Positions 27,231 through 40,401 of a stretch of DNA of 64,000 nt are shown here, in pieces (the first letter of the stretch is position 1; each line of letters opens with the position of its first letter). This stretch comes from Octopus vulgaris. Its lineage: Eukaryota. The DNA lies in NCBI GenBank assembly GCA_951406725.2, contig OX597816.1:106330001-106394000 (forward strand). Direction: 5' to 3'. The position numbers were made by a program, and so were the translations under genes. Under the pieces are notes generated by a model. It was not told where the DNA came from. It saw only the letters and a program-made list of their open reading frames with translations, and ran no database searches.

Positions 27231-29769
27231 ATTAGTTCCTAAAATTCCTCAAGGCAGTGCCCCAGCATGGCTGAAACAAGTAAAAGAGAAAGATCTGAGA
27301 TACTTTATAGAAATAGTAAGTCAACCTGGTACATGACTGCTACTTTAATTTATGTAAAAGCACTGATGCTGATACCATGTAAAAAGCACTGGTGATGGTT
27401 CCACATAAACAGCACTGGTGATGATGCCACATAAAAAAGTATTGGTGATGGTACCATGTAGAAAGCACCCAGTGCATTCTGTGGAGTGATCAGCATTAGA
27501 AAGAGCATCCAGCCACAGAAACCAAGCCAAAACAGACTATGGAACCTAATGTGGCTCCCAGCCTTGCCAGATTCTGTCAAGCCATTTAATCCATGCCAGC
27601 ATGGAGAACAGATGTTTGATGATGATAATGATACATTATATAAGTAGCATACCTGATAAGTGTTGTAAATTCGTTATAGATACAGGTGGATATATTTTTG
27701 AAGAAAATAGTAGAGATAAGGTATAGGACGGGTGCCTATAAAATTTGTAAGATATATATATAAACATACATTCACACAAACACACACACACACAATTTAA
27801 TTTAACATAAATGTTAAATCAAAGTTATTATTTAAAGCTAATTTAAGAACATTTTCTGATGGTGTGACTCTATACTTAGAGTAGCATCAAATTTTTTGTA
27901 AAGTTCAAATTAACTAGACTGAAATTCTAACCAATTTGATCTTTACAAAATTTGTGTGCATGCATGTGTGTAGAGATATATGTATTCACACATGCGTGCA
28001 TGCGTACATACACATGTGCACACACACATATATACATACTTTAGTTGACAAGTTCTTACTCTTTCTCCTCCCCTAAGATACCTTAGGAACACACTTCTAT
28101 CTATAGAGTTTTACAATAAAATGTACATTTCTTAAACTCTCTCATTATTTAATACTCCTCAGATTTATAATTTCCTTCTATTGTATTCAATTTCCTGATT
28201 GAAAAGCAGTTCATATCAGAATATTATTTTGTGCTGAAAGCCATTATTTCATTCTACACGATGTGGATTCAAAACAATCTCATTGATTGAAAATAACCCG
28301 CGCAAGTAGCGTGAAAATACGAAACTTGTTATTAAGTCTAAATGGAACTGGTCGACCATAATCTGAAATTTAAGAATTGAAACAATTGTGCTTGCAGTAC
28401 TTAGAAGAAAAATGGAGAAAAAAGTGGTAATTTTCAATTAATTCTAGCATAATCTTTTTTTTAAATATTTACAAATATTTCCAGTTTTTTGTGTTTCTTT
28501 TTTTGTTTTGCGCTTCTGTTTTTTGTACAGTTTAGTGGAGAGGGATTTGCTCATTTTAAATTTCTTTATCTCTTAAAGGTATGACAAAAAAAAAAAAATC
28601 TCCAAGTTATTAAAATAAAATAAAATTACACCAAAAAGACAAAATTTGTTGCTAGAATGATAGATAGTAGTGGGTGTTGGAAATAGAATTATAAAATAAG
28701 CATCATTTAGGTGATAATAATGATTTTCTTTTCATAGGTATAAAGTAATACATGCATAGGAGATGTAGTACATTTGATTTAATTTACTTTGTAACTGGCA
28801 CTCCAAACTAGAAAGATGAAATGGTATGATCAACTCCAACTGTATTTGAACTCAGAATGTAATGGGATATAACTAAATAGAGCAAGGTATTTTGTCTGGT
28901 ACTCTACAGATCATACCTTCTTTAGACATTTAAGTCAATAATTACACTAAAATATTCCAAAATGAATAATTTTCAGTGAAAATAAAATGTTTAGATGCCA
29001 ACATGTAATTGCATTCAATGATTTAGGATTTATGATGTGTGGTTGAGGATATACATTTGATGGTGTATGTGTTTGTGTGTGCGTGCATGTATGTATGTGT
29101 GTATGTGAGTATGTGTGTGTGTGCGTGCATGCGTGTAAATGTGTGTGCCATCATTATCCTTTTTACAATTTCATGCTGACATGGGTTTGACAGTTAAATG
29201 AAATCCAACATGTCAAAGGAAGAAGATTCTTTTCAGTGCTTCTGTTTGGATGTGGTTTCTATGGCTGGAAGATTTTTTTAACACCAACCACTTTAGAGAG
29301 AGCAATTTTCATGACATCACCACCATTGAGGTTGCCTTGTAACTCACAAGACTAAAAATCCCCCTTTCCTGAGAAGGAGAATAAGGAATAAAACAATCAT
29401 TTGATACAAGATGTTGAGAGATTAATATATGATGGGAGGAGTAGGAACAAGTTTGTTTTGGAGGAGACTCACAGCTACTTTGGGTGATTTTCATATGAAT
29501 TGACCCTTGTCTGCGTGTATATAGCTCATGGTGTACCTATGCGCATAGACACGTGTAGCTACATATATACATACATGCATGCATGCATACATACATATGT
29601 GGCTGTGTGTGTATGTGTGTGTGTGTACACTGATGGATTTGTGGGTGTTATTTATTTACAACTTGATTTCTTAATTTCATCATAATGGTGATTACTTCAA
29701 AAAAAAAAAAAAAACTAATAACAATTCAGTTCAATTGAAAAGTATGGATAAGCAACACATTATAGACCA

Positions 29770-30595
29770 CACTATAATTTCTGAAAAAAATTATTTGCAC
29801 GCAGGGTATGCATTGCCTCTGATGCCTTTTTTCATTTGAAATAAATTGGTTATACTTCTACAATACACAAAATTGCCCTTTCTTACAACCATTTATGTAA
29901 ATTATAATTATTACCTAAGTCTGGCAACAGCCTGTTCTTCAATTCACCTGAGGAATTCACCATGATAGCCAAATGAGCCAAAGTGATATCACCATTCCCA
30001 TCAAATGGTACTTTCCCATTTCCTAATTGGAGGAGCCAAGTTGAAAACTGTTTTGCATGTTGGTTCCCATGTAATTAAGCTCACACATTAGTATTGAAGG
30101 GGAATTTCAGTATTTTATTCCATAGGTGTGAAATGCATGCTTTTATTTCATCAGATCTTGTTGGTCTCAGAATGACTGGTAATGTCTGTCTGAAGTCTCC
30201 TGATGAAACTAGTGTAACTCCTCCCATAAATTTATTGCTGCCTCTGATGTTCTGTAAGGTCATACCAAGAGCTTCCATTGCACCTCTATGTGACACGATG
30301 CATTAATAGCAAAAGATAAGGTGGCATTGGCACAACACTTCAGCTGAACCTGGATCTTTGCTTATGTTACAAATCAGACTGTCACTTGTGACCAGGTTTA
30401 GTGGTAATTTAAAAGCAAAATGAGCTGTTAATCCTCCTGGTAGAATGGTGGCAGCAAAGCCAGGCAATGGTACAGCAACTACAATTTTTTTTTTTTTTTT
30501 GCCTTACTTTGGAGAGAAGCAATGTTACAAATGTTTTACCTGTGTCACCAGGAGCATCAAGAAAGAAAATTCCCCTGCTTTTCTCTGATGATTGT
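29770..30595 (-). mobile_element. Helitron RepHel PIF1-like helicase fragment, pseudogenised
   Basis: FFLDAPGDTGKTF (Walker A), AATILPGGLTAH, GGVTLVSSGDFRQTLPVI; frameshifts between motifs. Confidence 0.85.
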
Positions 30596-30799
30596 GGAAA
30601 GCCGCATGCACACACACACAGATACATATAGTATCAAACATCAGATGAATTGGACATGTGCGAGAGAGAGACAGAGAGAGTGATTGAAGGATGTGTTGTC
30701 ATGTATACGTACATACATAAATAGACATACATCTTTCTTGTATGTGTGTGTGTGTATGAAAGAAAGAGAGAGAGAACCACTTGGACCTCACTGTATCTA

Positions 30800-30830
<31 letters not shown>

Positions 30831-31609
30831 TACATACAGACATACGAAAAAAATGTATGCATATCTATTTATGTATGTACGAATACATGACAACATACCC
30901 CTTCACTCACACAGACATACATACTATAGGAAAATGTATACAAATGTACATATAAAAACACGTGTGCGTTTGTGACTGACTACAAATACATGGAGCTCAA
31001 CACGACGTGAAAAAGAAAATAAATAAAAATTTTTTACGCAAATTAACGAAGTGTGCGAGTTACAGTAAAATAATGCCCATATCTTTTGAACGTCCCATGT
31101 TAAATTGCAAAATTTTAACTTGACATTTGTGTAATAAAGAACAAACCTTTCCCTCTACGCATGGTTATATATGTATACAGAAATATACGAGTGCAGAAGA
31201 TAGTAAACAATGAAAATAACTTGTTAACGGAAATTATGTTTCTTAATACGACGGGCAGAAAGTAAATAAGAAATTTTAACGGAAAATAAAGTATTGTACG
31301 AGTTGAAGCGAAATTTGTCACTCAGTGAACCAAAGAGCCAGTATCGAAGGAACCAGAAAGAAACCGTCAACAACAGAAAAACACAAAACTGTACGGATTG
31401 AATCGAAATTTATGAAGATACTTCTGTCAGTAAATTATAAAATTACTTACTTCAGTAATTGTGAACTTCTTTCTGTCAGTAATTTGTCGTTGTTTGTAAA
31501 CAGCGACTCGAAACTTAGACTTAAAGTAAAAACAATAACATGGAAGTTAGACAATGGCGTATGAAAATTGAATGTGAAAAGAAAAGATATAGATAGAGAG
31601 AGATGGATA

Positions 31610-32040
31610 GCTCTCTCTCTAGTCGACTCTCGGTCACTCGTTGGCTCAGTGTCCTCCAGTCCGTTCTATCCTGGGCCGCTTCTTTCAGATTGGCTATGTC
31701 CATTCCGGTATCACTCTTGACGGTGTCAAGCCAGCGGGTTCTTGGTCGGCCTCTTCCTCTCTTACCACTGACCATTCCGAGCATGATGTCCTTCTCCAGG
31801 GATTTTCTCCGCATAATATGACCGAAATATGCCAATCTATGCTTGGTGATCCTAGCTTCTAGCGACATTTTCGGCCTTATCTGCTTAAGAACTTCTCCAT
31901 TGGTGAGCCTCACTGTCCATGGAATCCGCAAAAGTCTTCTCCAACACCAAAGCTCAAATGCATTAATTCTCTTCTGGTCAGCTTTCTTTAGTGTCTAGGT
32001 CTCGCATCCATATGTTGCTATTGGGAAGACAATTGCATTC
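31610..32040 (-). mobile_element. 5'-truncated RTE (BovB-like) LINE 3' end
   Basis: RINAFELWCWRRLLRIPWT...LAYFGHIMRR...GKRGRGRPRTRWLD; largely intact frame. Confidence 0.85.
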
Positions 32041-32413
32041 AACCATTTATTGCCTATGGACCTGTAGCAGAAGCGGTTACCAGAGGCGTGTGTGCTGTGT
32101 TAAATCCTCAGTTGTTTAATATTAAATGTCTTCAATTATCTAATATATAAAATAGAGATGATCATGACAAGTTAATAATTAAAAAAAAAATCAAATGAAA
32201 ACCCTAATATATGTCCGAGCTAAAAGTATTCATGCATCACAAGTATGGAAGTAATTGGTGAAACCTTTTTCGCATGAAGAGTGAATACGCACACATCTCT
32301 ATTTTATATATTAGATAATTGAAGATATTTAATATTAAACAACTGAGGGTTTAACATAGTACACACGCCTCTGGTAACCGCTTCTGCTACAGGTCCATAG
32401 GCAATAAATGGTT
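32041..32413. repeat. Inverted repeat with 120-bp arms (32041-32160 / 32294-32413) and 4 mismatches
   Basis: Direct reverse-complement comparison; the left arm abuts the RTE truncation point. Confidence 0.9.
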
Positions 32414-34193
32414 AAAAAACACGAGTTAAAACTAACGAGTATATGTAGGTGGAATTTAATTAAGCTCCTACGCTACATTAAATTGGTCTCGTGCTTAATC
32501 AAAGAATTCATTATTGAATAAATCATGCTTTCATATTACATAATAGAAAGACTTGGATACAAATTTAGATATAAACATTCGATTACATAGAAATATACAC
32601 AAATAAACACACTCAATCCAATCAACTAGCCCGTTTCTTCCTAAAGGTAATTCAAACTCAAGTGCATTCATGGAACTTAATACAAATATTTTTATTTATT
32701 CTATTTATTTCCCCATCATTGCTTCAAGTGATTGTTTTATTAAATGCTCTTTAAAAAAAATTGCGATGCATTCTCCGATTTACCAAAATACTTTTTCTCT
32801 TTATTCTATTATTTTAACTAAACGACTAAGAATGGTGGATATTTTGAGAGAGAGAGAGAATGGGGAGAGAGAAAGAGACGACAGACAAATAGACAGAGAC
32901 AGATTTTTAAACAGAAATTCAATCGTGTATCAGATCTTATCCTGGAAGTTTTCTTCATAATCAAGAGCCGTTAATTGAACTCATCGACCATGGAGTGAAA
33001 GTTTAACATTTGTTATTGTATTATTTGTATTTTCTTAAATCCCATTAGCTATTCTCGTTTCACACATGCGTGCCCTTCCAAACAAAATAGCTGGTGAGCG
33101 GCAATGGCTATTCCTTAACGATAAATAAAGTAAATATATCAGCGCGTAATCTATATCAAAGGCACGGGGAAAAGTGAAAATTGATCGTTTGATAATAGAC
33201 AACGTTTCATTTGCATGAGGTATGCAGGCACACACGCGCGCATGCATACATAGATACACGCCCACAGACTTTTATTTTTGTTTTAATAGTTATTTGCAGT
33301 TTATGTGATAAAGTATTTCAATTCATTCTTTAGGTGGAGACCTGTTGTCAAAAGAGTTGCCCAGTAAAAGATAATTTCATGTCTCCTCAAGGAGAATTGA
33401 GTGATTTGTCCATAAATTAATATTGTGTACACATTTTAGTCTATCATTCTTTTTCTTCTTTCTCACTGTGTGTGTGTGTTTCTGTGTGTATGTGTGTGTG
33501 TAATTCTATGTATTTCTCTATCATCTTGCTGTCTCTATCCTTTTTATACTCGCGTGCTTTTCACATTCAGCTTGCAAGAAACCGACTCAATCAAATTTGT
33601 CTCTAAATGTTAACGATTTCGACGTTCTCTCTTTTACATCTAAAGAATAACAAACACAATAAATTTTCAAAATTTAACTGAGTTTTTCTCTATCAATGTT
33701 CCCTTTCATCTCTCTTTAAACACTCTTGTTTTATCCTTATCAATGATTATGTTGTTCCTCTGGCATCTTTCTGTGCATTGCTGATTGCACTATTTGTAGG
33801 CAAAACAAATTTATGACTTATAAACAACAGAAGACTAAAACGTAATATAATCGTCATCTAAAAACGATGATTATATATTTTTAGATTTTTTAAAATAATG
33901 ATTGGTTGTAGCATCGCTGTTTGCTTAAGAAGTTCACTCGACTTCACGATACCTTCTACCACAAAATGAGACAATTAGGCGTAGCTGTTTGGACACTGAT
34001 TGGACATTAAACCTGTTTGAGCAATGTTTTTTTTTGTTTTTTTTTTTGTGATAGTACTTTTTGGCGAAAGTAAAGAATACGTACATTCGGTGGTTATAGT
34101 TAGGATTAGGGTTACGGTTTAAAATTAGAGTTAGGGTTAGGATTAGAGTTTTTTGTTATGCCGAAAACCGGTGGTGTACATAGTCTTTACTCC

Positions 34194-34246
<53 letters not shown>

Positions 34247-34247
34247 C

Positions 34248-34331
34248 TTTAAAGCAGCAGAAAATTCAACAAAACCTGTTACTCTGAGTTTCCCGTTGAA
34301 CAGGTTTTGTTGAATTTTCTGCTGCTTTAAA
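34248..34331. repeat. Perfect 33-bp stem hairpin with an 18-nt loop
   Basis: tttaaagcagcagaaaattcaacaaaacctgtt followed by its exact reverse complement; lies between (TA)n tracts. Confidence 0.9.
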
Positions 34332-34405
34332 TAAAGCCTATTACTCTACCACTGGTATTTGAGTACTCTTTTTTCCACCTTGTTTCACATTTATGTGTTT
34401 ACTCC

Positions 34406-34461
<56 letters not shown>

Positions 34462-34535
34462 CACACAAACACATATAGATGTAGGTCCATACATATATGT
34501 ATGTATATATGCATATGTTTTATTTATTATTTTGT

Positions 34536-34583
<48 letters not shown>

Positions 34584-35154
34584 CTAAAAAACGGAACAAG
34601 AACGTAACGCACTATAATGAAAATATACGGACAAAATTATAATACAAAGACGGAGAGGAAAACTAGAACGAAACATTCGTGGCTTTTTATTCTTCAGTCA
34701 AGCTTCCAATCATCATTACAGTTTCGACCTGTTACACTTGAGACTGTTCAAAATTGGGTGGGGGGCAAAAATCTAAGCTAAGAGCAATAAATGTTTGGAA
34801 GAGAGCGAATATGTGCGACAACACGGACAAAAAAAAACGAGAAAACGGAGAAAATATTAGAAATACAAACAACAAGAATAACAACAGGTGTCTTTCGACT
34901 AGGACAAGTTAAGTTAAGCTGGCGCGTGAAATGTGTATGTGTGTACCCCCCACCATCGCTTGATAACCGATGTTGCTGTGCTTACGTCCTCGTAACTTAG
35001 CCGTTTGGTAAAACAAACCGATAGAATAAGTACTAGGCTTACAAAGAATATATCCTGGAGTCGATTTCTTCGACTAAAGGCGGTGCTCCAGCATGGCCGC
35101 AGATACATGACCGAAACGAGTAAAACAATTTTTAAAAAAACTATGCCATTTTAA

Positions 35155-35183
35155 TCTCGAGCAACGCCGGGCATCTCTGCTAG
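35155..35183 (+). mobile_element. Helitron-like 3' terminus (hairpin plus CTAG)
   Basis: ctcgagcaacgccggg hairpin followed after ~8 nt by CTAG. Confidence 0.55.
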
Positions 35184-35189
35184 AATATA

Positions 35190-36462
35190 TGAGGTTATCC
35201 CATAAGTTCTATCCGAATTTTTAATATAGAAAGCAAATGATCAAATGTTATATTTAATTGAAATTTAATCATCGATGTTTTTTCCCTGATTATCTATGAC
35301 TTCCATCTATTTACAAGCTTTTTAATCCCATCAATGTAAAACTCTTTTGGTTTCAAAGCGAAGAACTCTGAAATGTCAGTTTCGACCTCCTCCTGGCTTG
35401 CGAAAGTTATGTCCTCCAAATGATTCTGTAAACTACGAAACAAATGGTAGTCCGAAGGAGCAAGGTCGGGAGAATAAAGTGGATGAGAATTTTTTTCCCA
35501 ACCAAGCTCTTCGATCTTCTGTGATGTGATCTTTGCAGTGTGGGGTCGCGCATTGTTCTGATGAAACATCACTCCTTTTCGATTCATTAAAGCGGGTCTT
35601 TTTTTTCTTCAAAGCTTGGTTCAAACGCTCAAATTGCTGACAGTAGACTTGAGCATTGATTGTTGCATTAGGTGGGAACAATTTAAAATGAATTACTCCT
35701 TTGCAATCCCACCAGATATAGAGAAGAACCTTTTTCCCATGAAGTTCCCTTCTCGGTTGTAGTTGAGCCTTTTTCCCATTTATCAAGCCTCTGTTTACGA
35801 CGTTTAACTTTTCGATAGAAGATCCATTTTTCGTCACCAGTCACAAGTCTATCCAAAAATGGTGAAATGAGTTCGCGAGAATGGAGAGAAGAGCAGATAT
35901 CAACTCGGGTTTTGCGGTTGCTTTCCGACAATTTATGAGGCACCCATTTTCCAAGTTTAGTAACCTTTCCAAGTTGTTGAAGCTGACGATGAACAGTTGT
36001 ATTGTTTGAACTAAGCTTTATTGCCAATTCTTCAACTGATAATGCAGGATTTTCTTCAAGTAATGCCTCAAGAAGCTTATCATCAAACTCAACTGGACGT
36101 CCTGTTCGATCTTCATCTTCAAGGCTGAAATCTGCACTTCTGAATTTTGCAAACCATCTTCTGCAAGTTCTTTGATTCAAGCATTCTTTCCCATAAACTG
36201 AGTGAATGTTTCGAGTCGCTTCGGTTGCAGAGTTTCCTTTTTTGTACTCAAAAAGCATTATGTGCCTCAAATGCTCTTTGGATACTTCCATGTTAGAAAG
36301 GGTTTTAACCAAAGAATTTTAATTCTAAATAATATTTAATTAGTTAAAATGTACACAAATGCATAAAAATAATTTTAATTCCATTAGACATTCTAAAATA
36401 CTATTAAATTTCATTCAATTTTAAAAAAGGTAAAATCGGACAGAACTTATTGGATGACCTGA
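35190..36462 (-). mobile_element. Full-length mariner element (1273 bp) with a frameshifted transposase pseudogene (ATG 36291 to stop ~35265)
   Basis: Imperfect TIRs (TCAGGTCATCCAATAAGTTCTGTCCG), TA flanks, and WVPHKL, TGDEKW, HQNNARPH (catalytic D to N) and YSPDLAPSDY motifs across three frames. Confidence 0.95.
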
Positions 36463-36567
36463 TATATATATACGTAAGTCGTCTAGAAGTCCATAAGTCA
36501 GGGAAAAGATGCCCTCGTGTATTTGTCAAAAGAGTTGTTATATTATCCACAGTGCACAGTATTATCC

Positions 36568-36696
36568 TATCCATCACAGCCGATCTTACCAATCGGTTTC
36601 GCGCTAGGAGTACAAAGGAGAGTTAGGTAACAATCCGATGACATAACCCTACGCTCATCAAAAGTAGCCGATTGGTAAGATCGGCCGTGATGGATA
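36568..36696. mobile_element. Small MITE-like inverted repeat (~30-bp arms)
   Basis: tatccatcacagccgatcttaccaatcgg / ccgattggtaagatcggccgtgatggata, with TA at both ends. Confidence 0.6.
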
Positions 36697-37532
36697 TATA
36701 TATAATACCTACGTTCTGTGGCATCCTGTGCCCACATATGCATATGTATATACGTATATATCTAAGTATGTACAAATACGTATGTATGTATATATTATTT
36801 ATATTATTATATGATTGAACACCACGCATCCATTTCCAAGTAAGTTTTATCTTAATAATTCTGATGCGACACTTTCTATTCTATTCTATTACTCTATTAT
36901 TCTATCACTCTTTCGTTTTCTCTCTATTTCTTTTTACTTTCCCTTCTCCCCCTCTCGTTTTTTTTTCTCTTATCCTTTCTCTAATTTTTTTCTCTCCTCT
37001 TCGCTGTTCACTGTCTGTCACTCTTTCACTCCCTCACTCTTCCTCTTTTGCTCTCTCGTGATCATCGGCCATCTTTCTTTCCCTAACTTGTGTTTCTTTC
37101 TTTCCTCCTGATACAACTGAACGAATCAGACGTTTTCTTGTCTGTCTCTTGTCCAAGCTTGCTTCTTCGCGTTCGCTACCTCACTTCGTTTAGGCTTAGC
37201 AGCCCTTCCTGTTTGTTTTCACTGTCCTGTTTTTGTTACCAATTTTGATCCTCCCCAGAATCCCAAATTTTATTTTATTTACTTTGCGGGAGCAACTGTT
37301 TTATCGAATGCACATCTTGTCGTGAAATGCTCCAAATAAGGATTAGAAAAACAGCCGACAACTGATGAAGGGTCGTTTTTTTCTGTTGCGTGTCTTGTTT
37401 TCCATTTGTTTCCTTCGTTGTTTGCAAAAAAAGTTCATATTCCATGTATTCGTATTCCGTATTCCATATTTTTGTGTGCCCACATATGCATATGTATATA
37501 CGTATTTATGTATGTACATATGCGTATGTATA

Positions 37533-37602
<70 letters not shown>

Positions 37603-38089
37603 CATAACAATGATGAGTGGATCTTAAAGCAGCTTGCCCATTTTCTTGCCCCATATAATCTCTTAATCTCCTACAGGTTTTACTTCATAATTTTAGGGTG
37701 CATAGAGTAAAAGCAGATTTTGCCCTCCTGATAGAATATCAAGATATTAGTGAGCCCCGTGGAAATTCTACAGAACGAAAAAGATTTAGAGAAGATACTT
37801 AAGAAAGAAAGTGGAGGCGCTATGGCCCAGTGGTTAGGCAGCAGACTCGCGGTCGGAGGATCGCGATTTCGATTATCAGGAAACGCATACGCCACAGAAA
37901 CCGGGAAACAGGTCCCATGAGCATGTCTAGGCTTGAAAAGGACGACGTTTTATTTAAGAAAGAAAGGATGATTTGCATTTTTATTTTTATTTTCTGAAGT
38001 TATTTCGCTTCTAGTCATAATAATATACAATATGATTTTAAAATTTCCCTCAGTTAAGCACTTTCCCTTTTTCTCTCTGCCGCTTCAAT

Positions 38090-38739
38090 ACATTAGGTAT
38101 TAGTTGCGAAACGTGTGTGCTCAACTTTGATGGAACGGTGCCACACAAGACCGGTAAGGCTGACACAGTCAACATTTCTCCCTTTCTCTTCACCTCTCAC
38201 TACCACTAACCACATGAGTGATAGCATAAATCATCGGGTGGCTACCTGTTTTCTGACTTACTCTCACATTCCCTCTTCCTCTCTCTCACTCCATCTTTTC
38301 CTCTCTAACAAACTAAAGCGACAGAGGAGGAGACGGCAGTGGAGGCAGAGGCGGAGGAGATGGCGGTGGCGATGGCGATGGTGGGGGCTTTTCGGTTCAC
38401 CTTGATTGGAAGTATTACAGCTCTGACCAGTTCGTCTTTCAATGTATTAGAGACTATATTGTCCAATTAAGTGCTGTGTCCGTGGCCCTTGCAAGTTGTA
38501 CCCATCTGTTGTTTTATAAGTTCGTGTGCACAAAAATCTTATTTTGTGCAATTTTATCTCCCGTGACAAAAGTAGGAACGTGCAAAATGTGCAATAAGTA
38601 TAATTATTAATTACTATATTAATTTTTAATTTTGGAAACTAACCTTGTGAGCACATTAGGTATTAGTTGCAAAACGTATATGCACAGCTTTGATGGGACG
38701 GTGGCACGCAAAATCGGTAAGACCGACACGGTTAACATT
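38090..38739 (+). repeat. Diverged 87-bp direct repeat pair (38090-38176, 38653-38739), each containing a potential 57-nt symmetric exon
   Basis: Gapless alignment; both copies keep cattag| and g|gtaag and an open phase 1-1 frame. Confidence 0.6.
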
Positions 38740-39004
38740 GCTCTTAATCATTTAAAAGTTGACGACCGCAGAAAAAACGAGGAGAACTCAATTGAAGTTT
38801 CAAGATCAAATCTACGTCAGAGTGATTAAAGGGAAAATATGGCTATTGATGCGCGCACTAGTTTCCCTACCAATAATGATGACGATGATGATGATGATGA
38901 CTATAAGCGCATCAATGGAAATAACTCGAGGTGGTGTGATTCATACAGGGCTTGTGAGATGAGTGAATGCAATATGGCCTTGATATTTTATTATATTAAA
39001 TTTC

Positions 39005-39235
39005 TTATTTCTTTATTGCCCACAAGGGGCTAAACATAGAAGGGACAAACAAGAACAGACAAACGGATTAAGTCGATTATATCGACCCCAGTGCGTAACT
39101 GGTACTTAATTTATCGACCCCGAAAGGATGAAAGGCAAAAGCGACCACGGCGGAATTTGAACTCAGAACGTAACGGCAGACGAAATACGGCTACGCATTT
39201 TGCCCAGCGTGCTAACGTTTCTGTCAGCTCTTTGC
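39005..39235 (-). mobile_element. SINE family B copy with intact CpGs and a 16-bp target-site duplication; other copies at 41610-41760, 42750-42865, 53110-53320, 56030-56230, 56415-56625
   Basis: TTATATTAAATTTCTT at 38991 and 39241; close to the consensus of the other copies. Confidence 0.85.
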
Positions 39236-39866
39236 TTTTTTTATATTAAATTTCTTGCCTTTTGCACAAATAAATACAATAAGTGAAATGAAACGCATTA
39301 GCTTAGAAACGAAATCTTGTTAGAAGCCTCGCTCACTGAGATGCCACTTCTTAATAGCAAACGAAAGCAAGTACATTTTTTTCAGTGATATTTATCAAGC
39401 AATACTAACAGAATGGAAACATTTTCAATTTAATACATGTGGCTTATTAACTAGTTTTAAATATTGTTATTAGAAGGTACACTAGCTTCATAATTTCGTT
39501 CTATTTCATTATTTACTTGCTTTGATTCTAGTTGGGCAAAAGCGCTAAACAAACAAGAAAACAAACAAAAAGAGAAAACACAAAGATATGATTATTGTAT
39601 TATTGTACTTTGGTCAGAAAATGGCATTTGTGGCTGACTATAGGATCCTGGAAACATGAGTACGTTAAATAATTAGAAGGAGATTTCACGGAGACATGCG
39701 TTTTCATTAACTCTGCTTGTGCAATCGTTCAACTGTGTAGATTTATCTTTGTATCTACCTATGTCTGTTTACACATACAAACGTACACTCACATACACAC
39801 ATCACCATACATGCATCATATTTACGTACGTATGTGTGTAAGTATATATATACGTGTGTGTGTGTA

Positions 39867-39909
<43 letters not shown>

Positions 39910-39967
39910 TGTAAATGTATATATATATGATATATATGCATGTTGTGGTGTTACATCACACATGTAT

Positions 39968-40001
<34 letters not shown>

Positions 40002-40359
40002 GCATTCATACGATATATATACGCATATATATATGTGTGTATGTATTCATGTTTGTATGTATGTGCATGTATATATCTATGTGTGCGCTCATGTACATGC
40101 TTATGTATGAATGTATGTATGTACCAATGTATGTGTGTGCGAAACAATATAATCCAGCTATTTGGTGAAATCGGCGTCATGGAACCTCCTACATTTCGAA
40201 GTGATAGCGTTATAGCTTTTCATTTTACACGCATGGATGCATCTTAATGATGTGCTGAGACTGAGTAAAGAGGAAGGCTACATTGGATAGATATCGTACA
40301 AAGAGAGATTCAAGGATATCAATAATGTACGTTCATCTTTTTCCTCCTTGGTGGTACAC

Positions 40360-40401
<42 letters not shown>

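Noticed and set aside
27355-27470. Regularly spaced AAAGCACTGGTGATG...CCATGT repeats resembling a CRISPR array
   Set aside because: Internal ~25-bp minisatellite of SINE family C, without unique spacers, in a eukaryotic context.
34100-34150. TTAGGG-like repeats (also at ~50670-50710) as interstitial telomere
   Set aside because: Short and degenerate; at 50.7 kb they adjoin a Merlin transposase, so they are more likely transposon subterminal repeats.
37812-37885. tRNA-like sequence GGCGCTATGGCCCAGTGGTTAGG...
   Set aside because: A-box present, but the T-arm and acceptor stem are degenerate; probably a SINE head rather than a tRNA gene.
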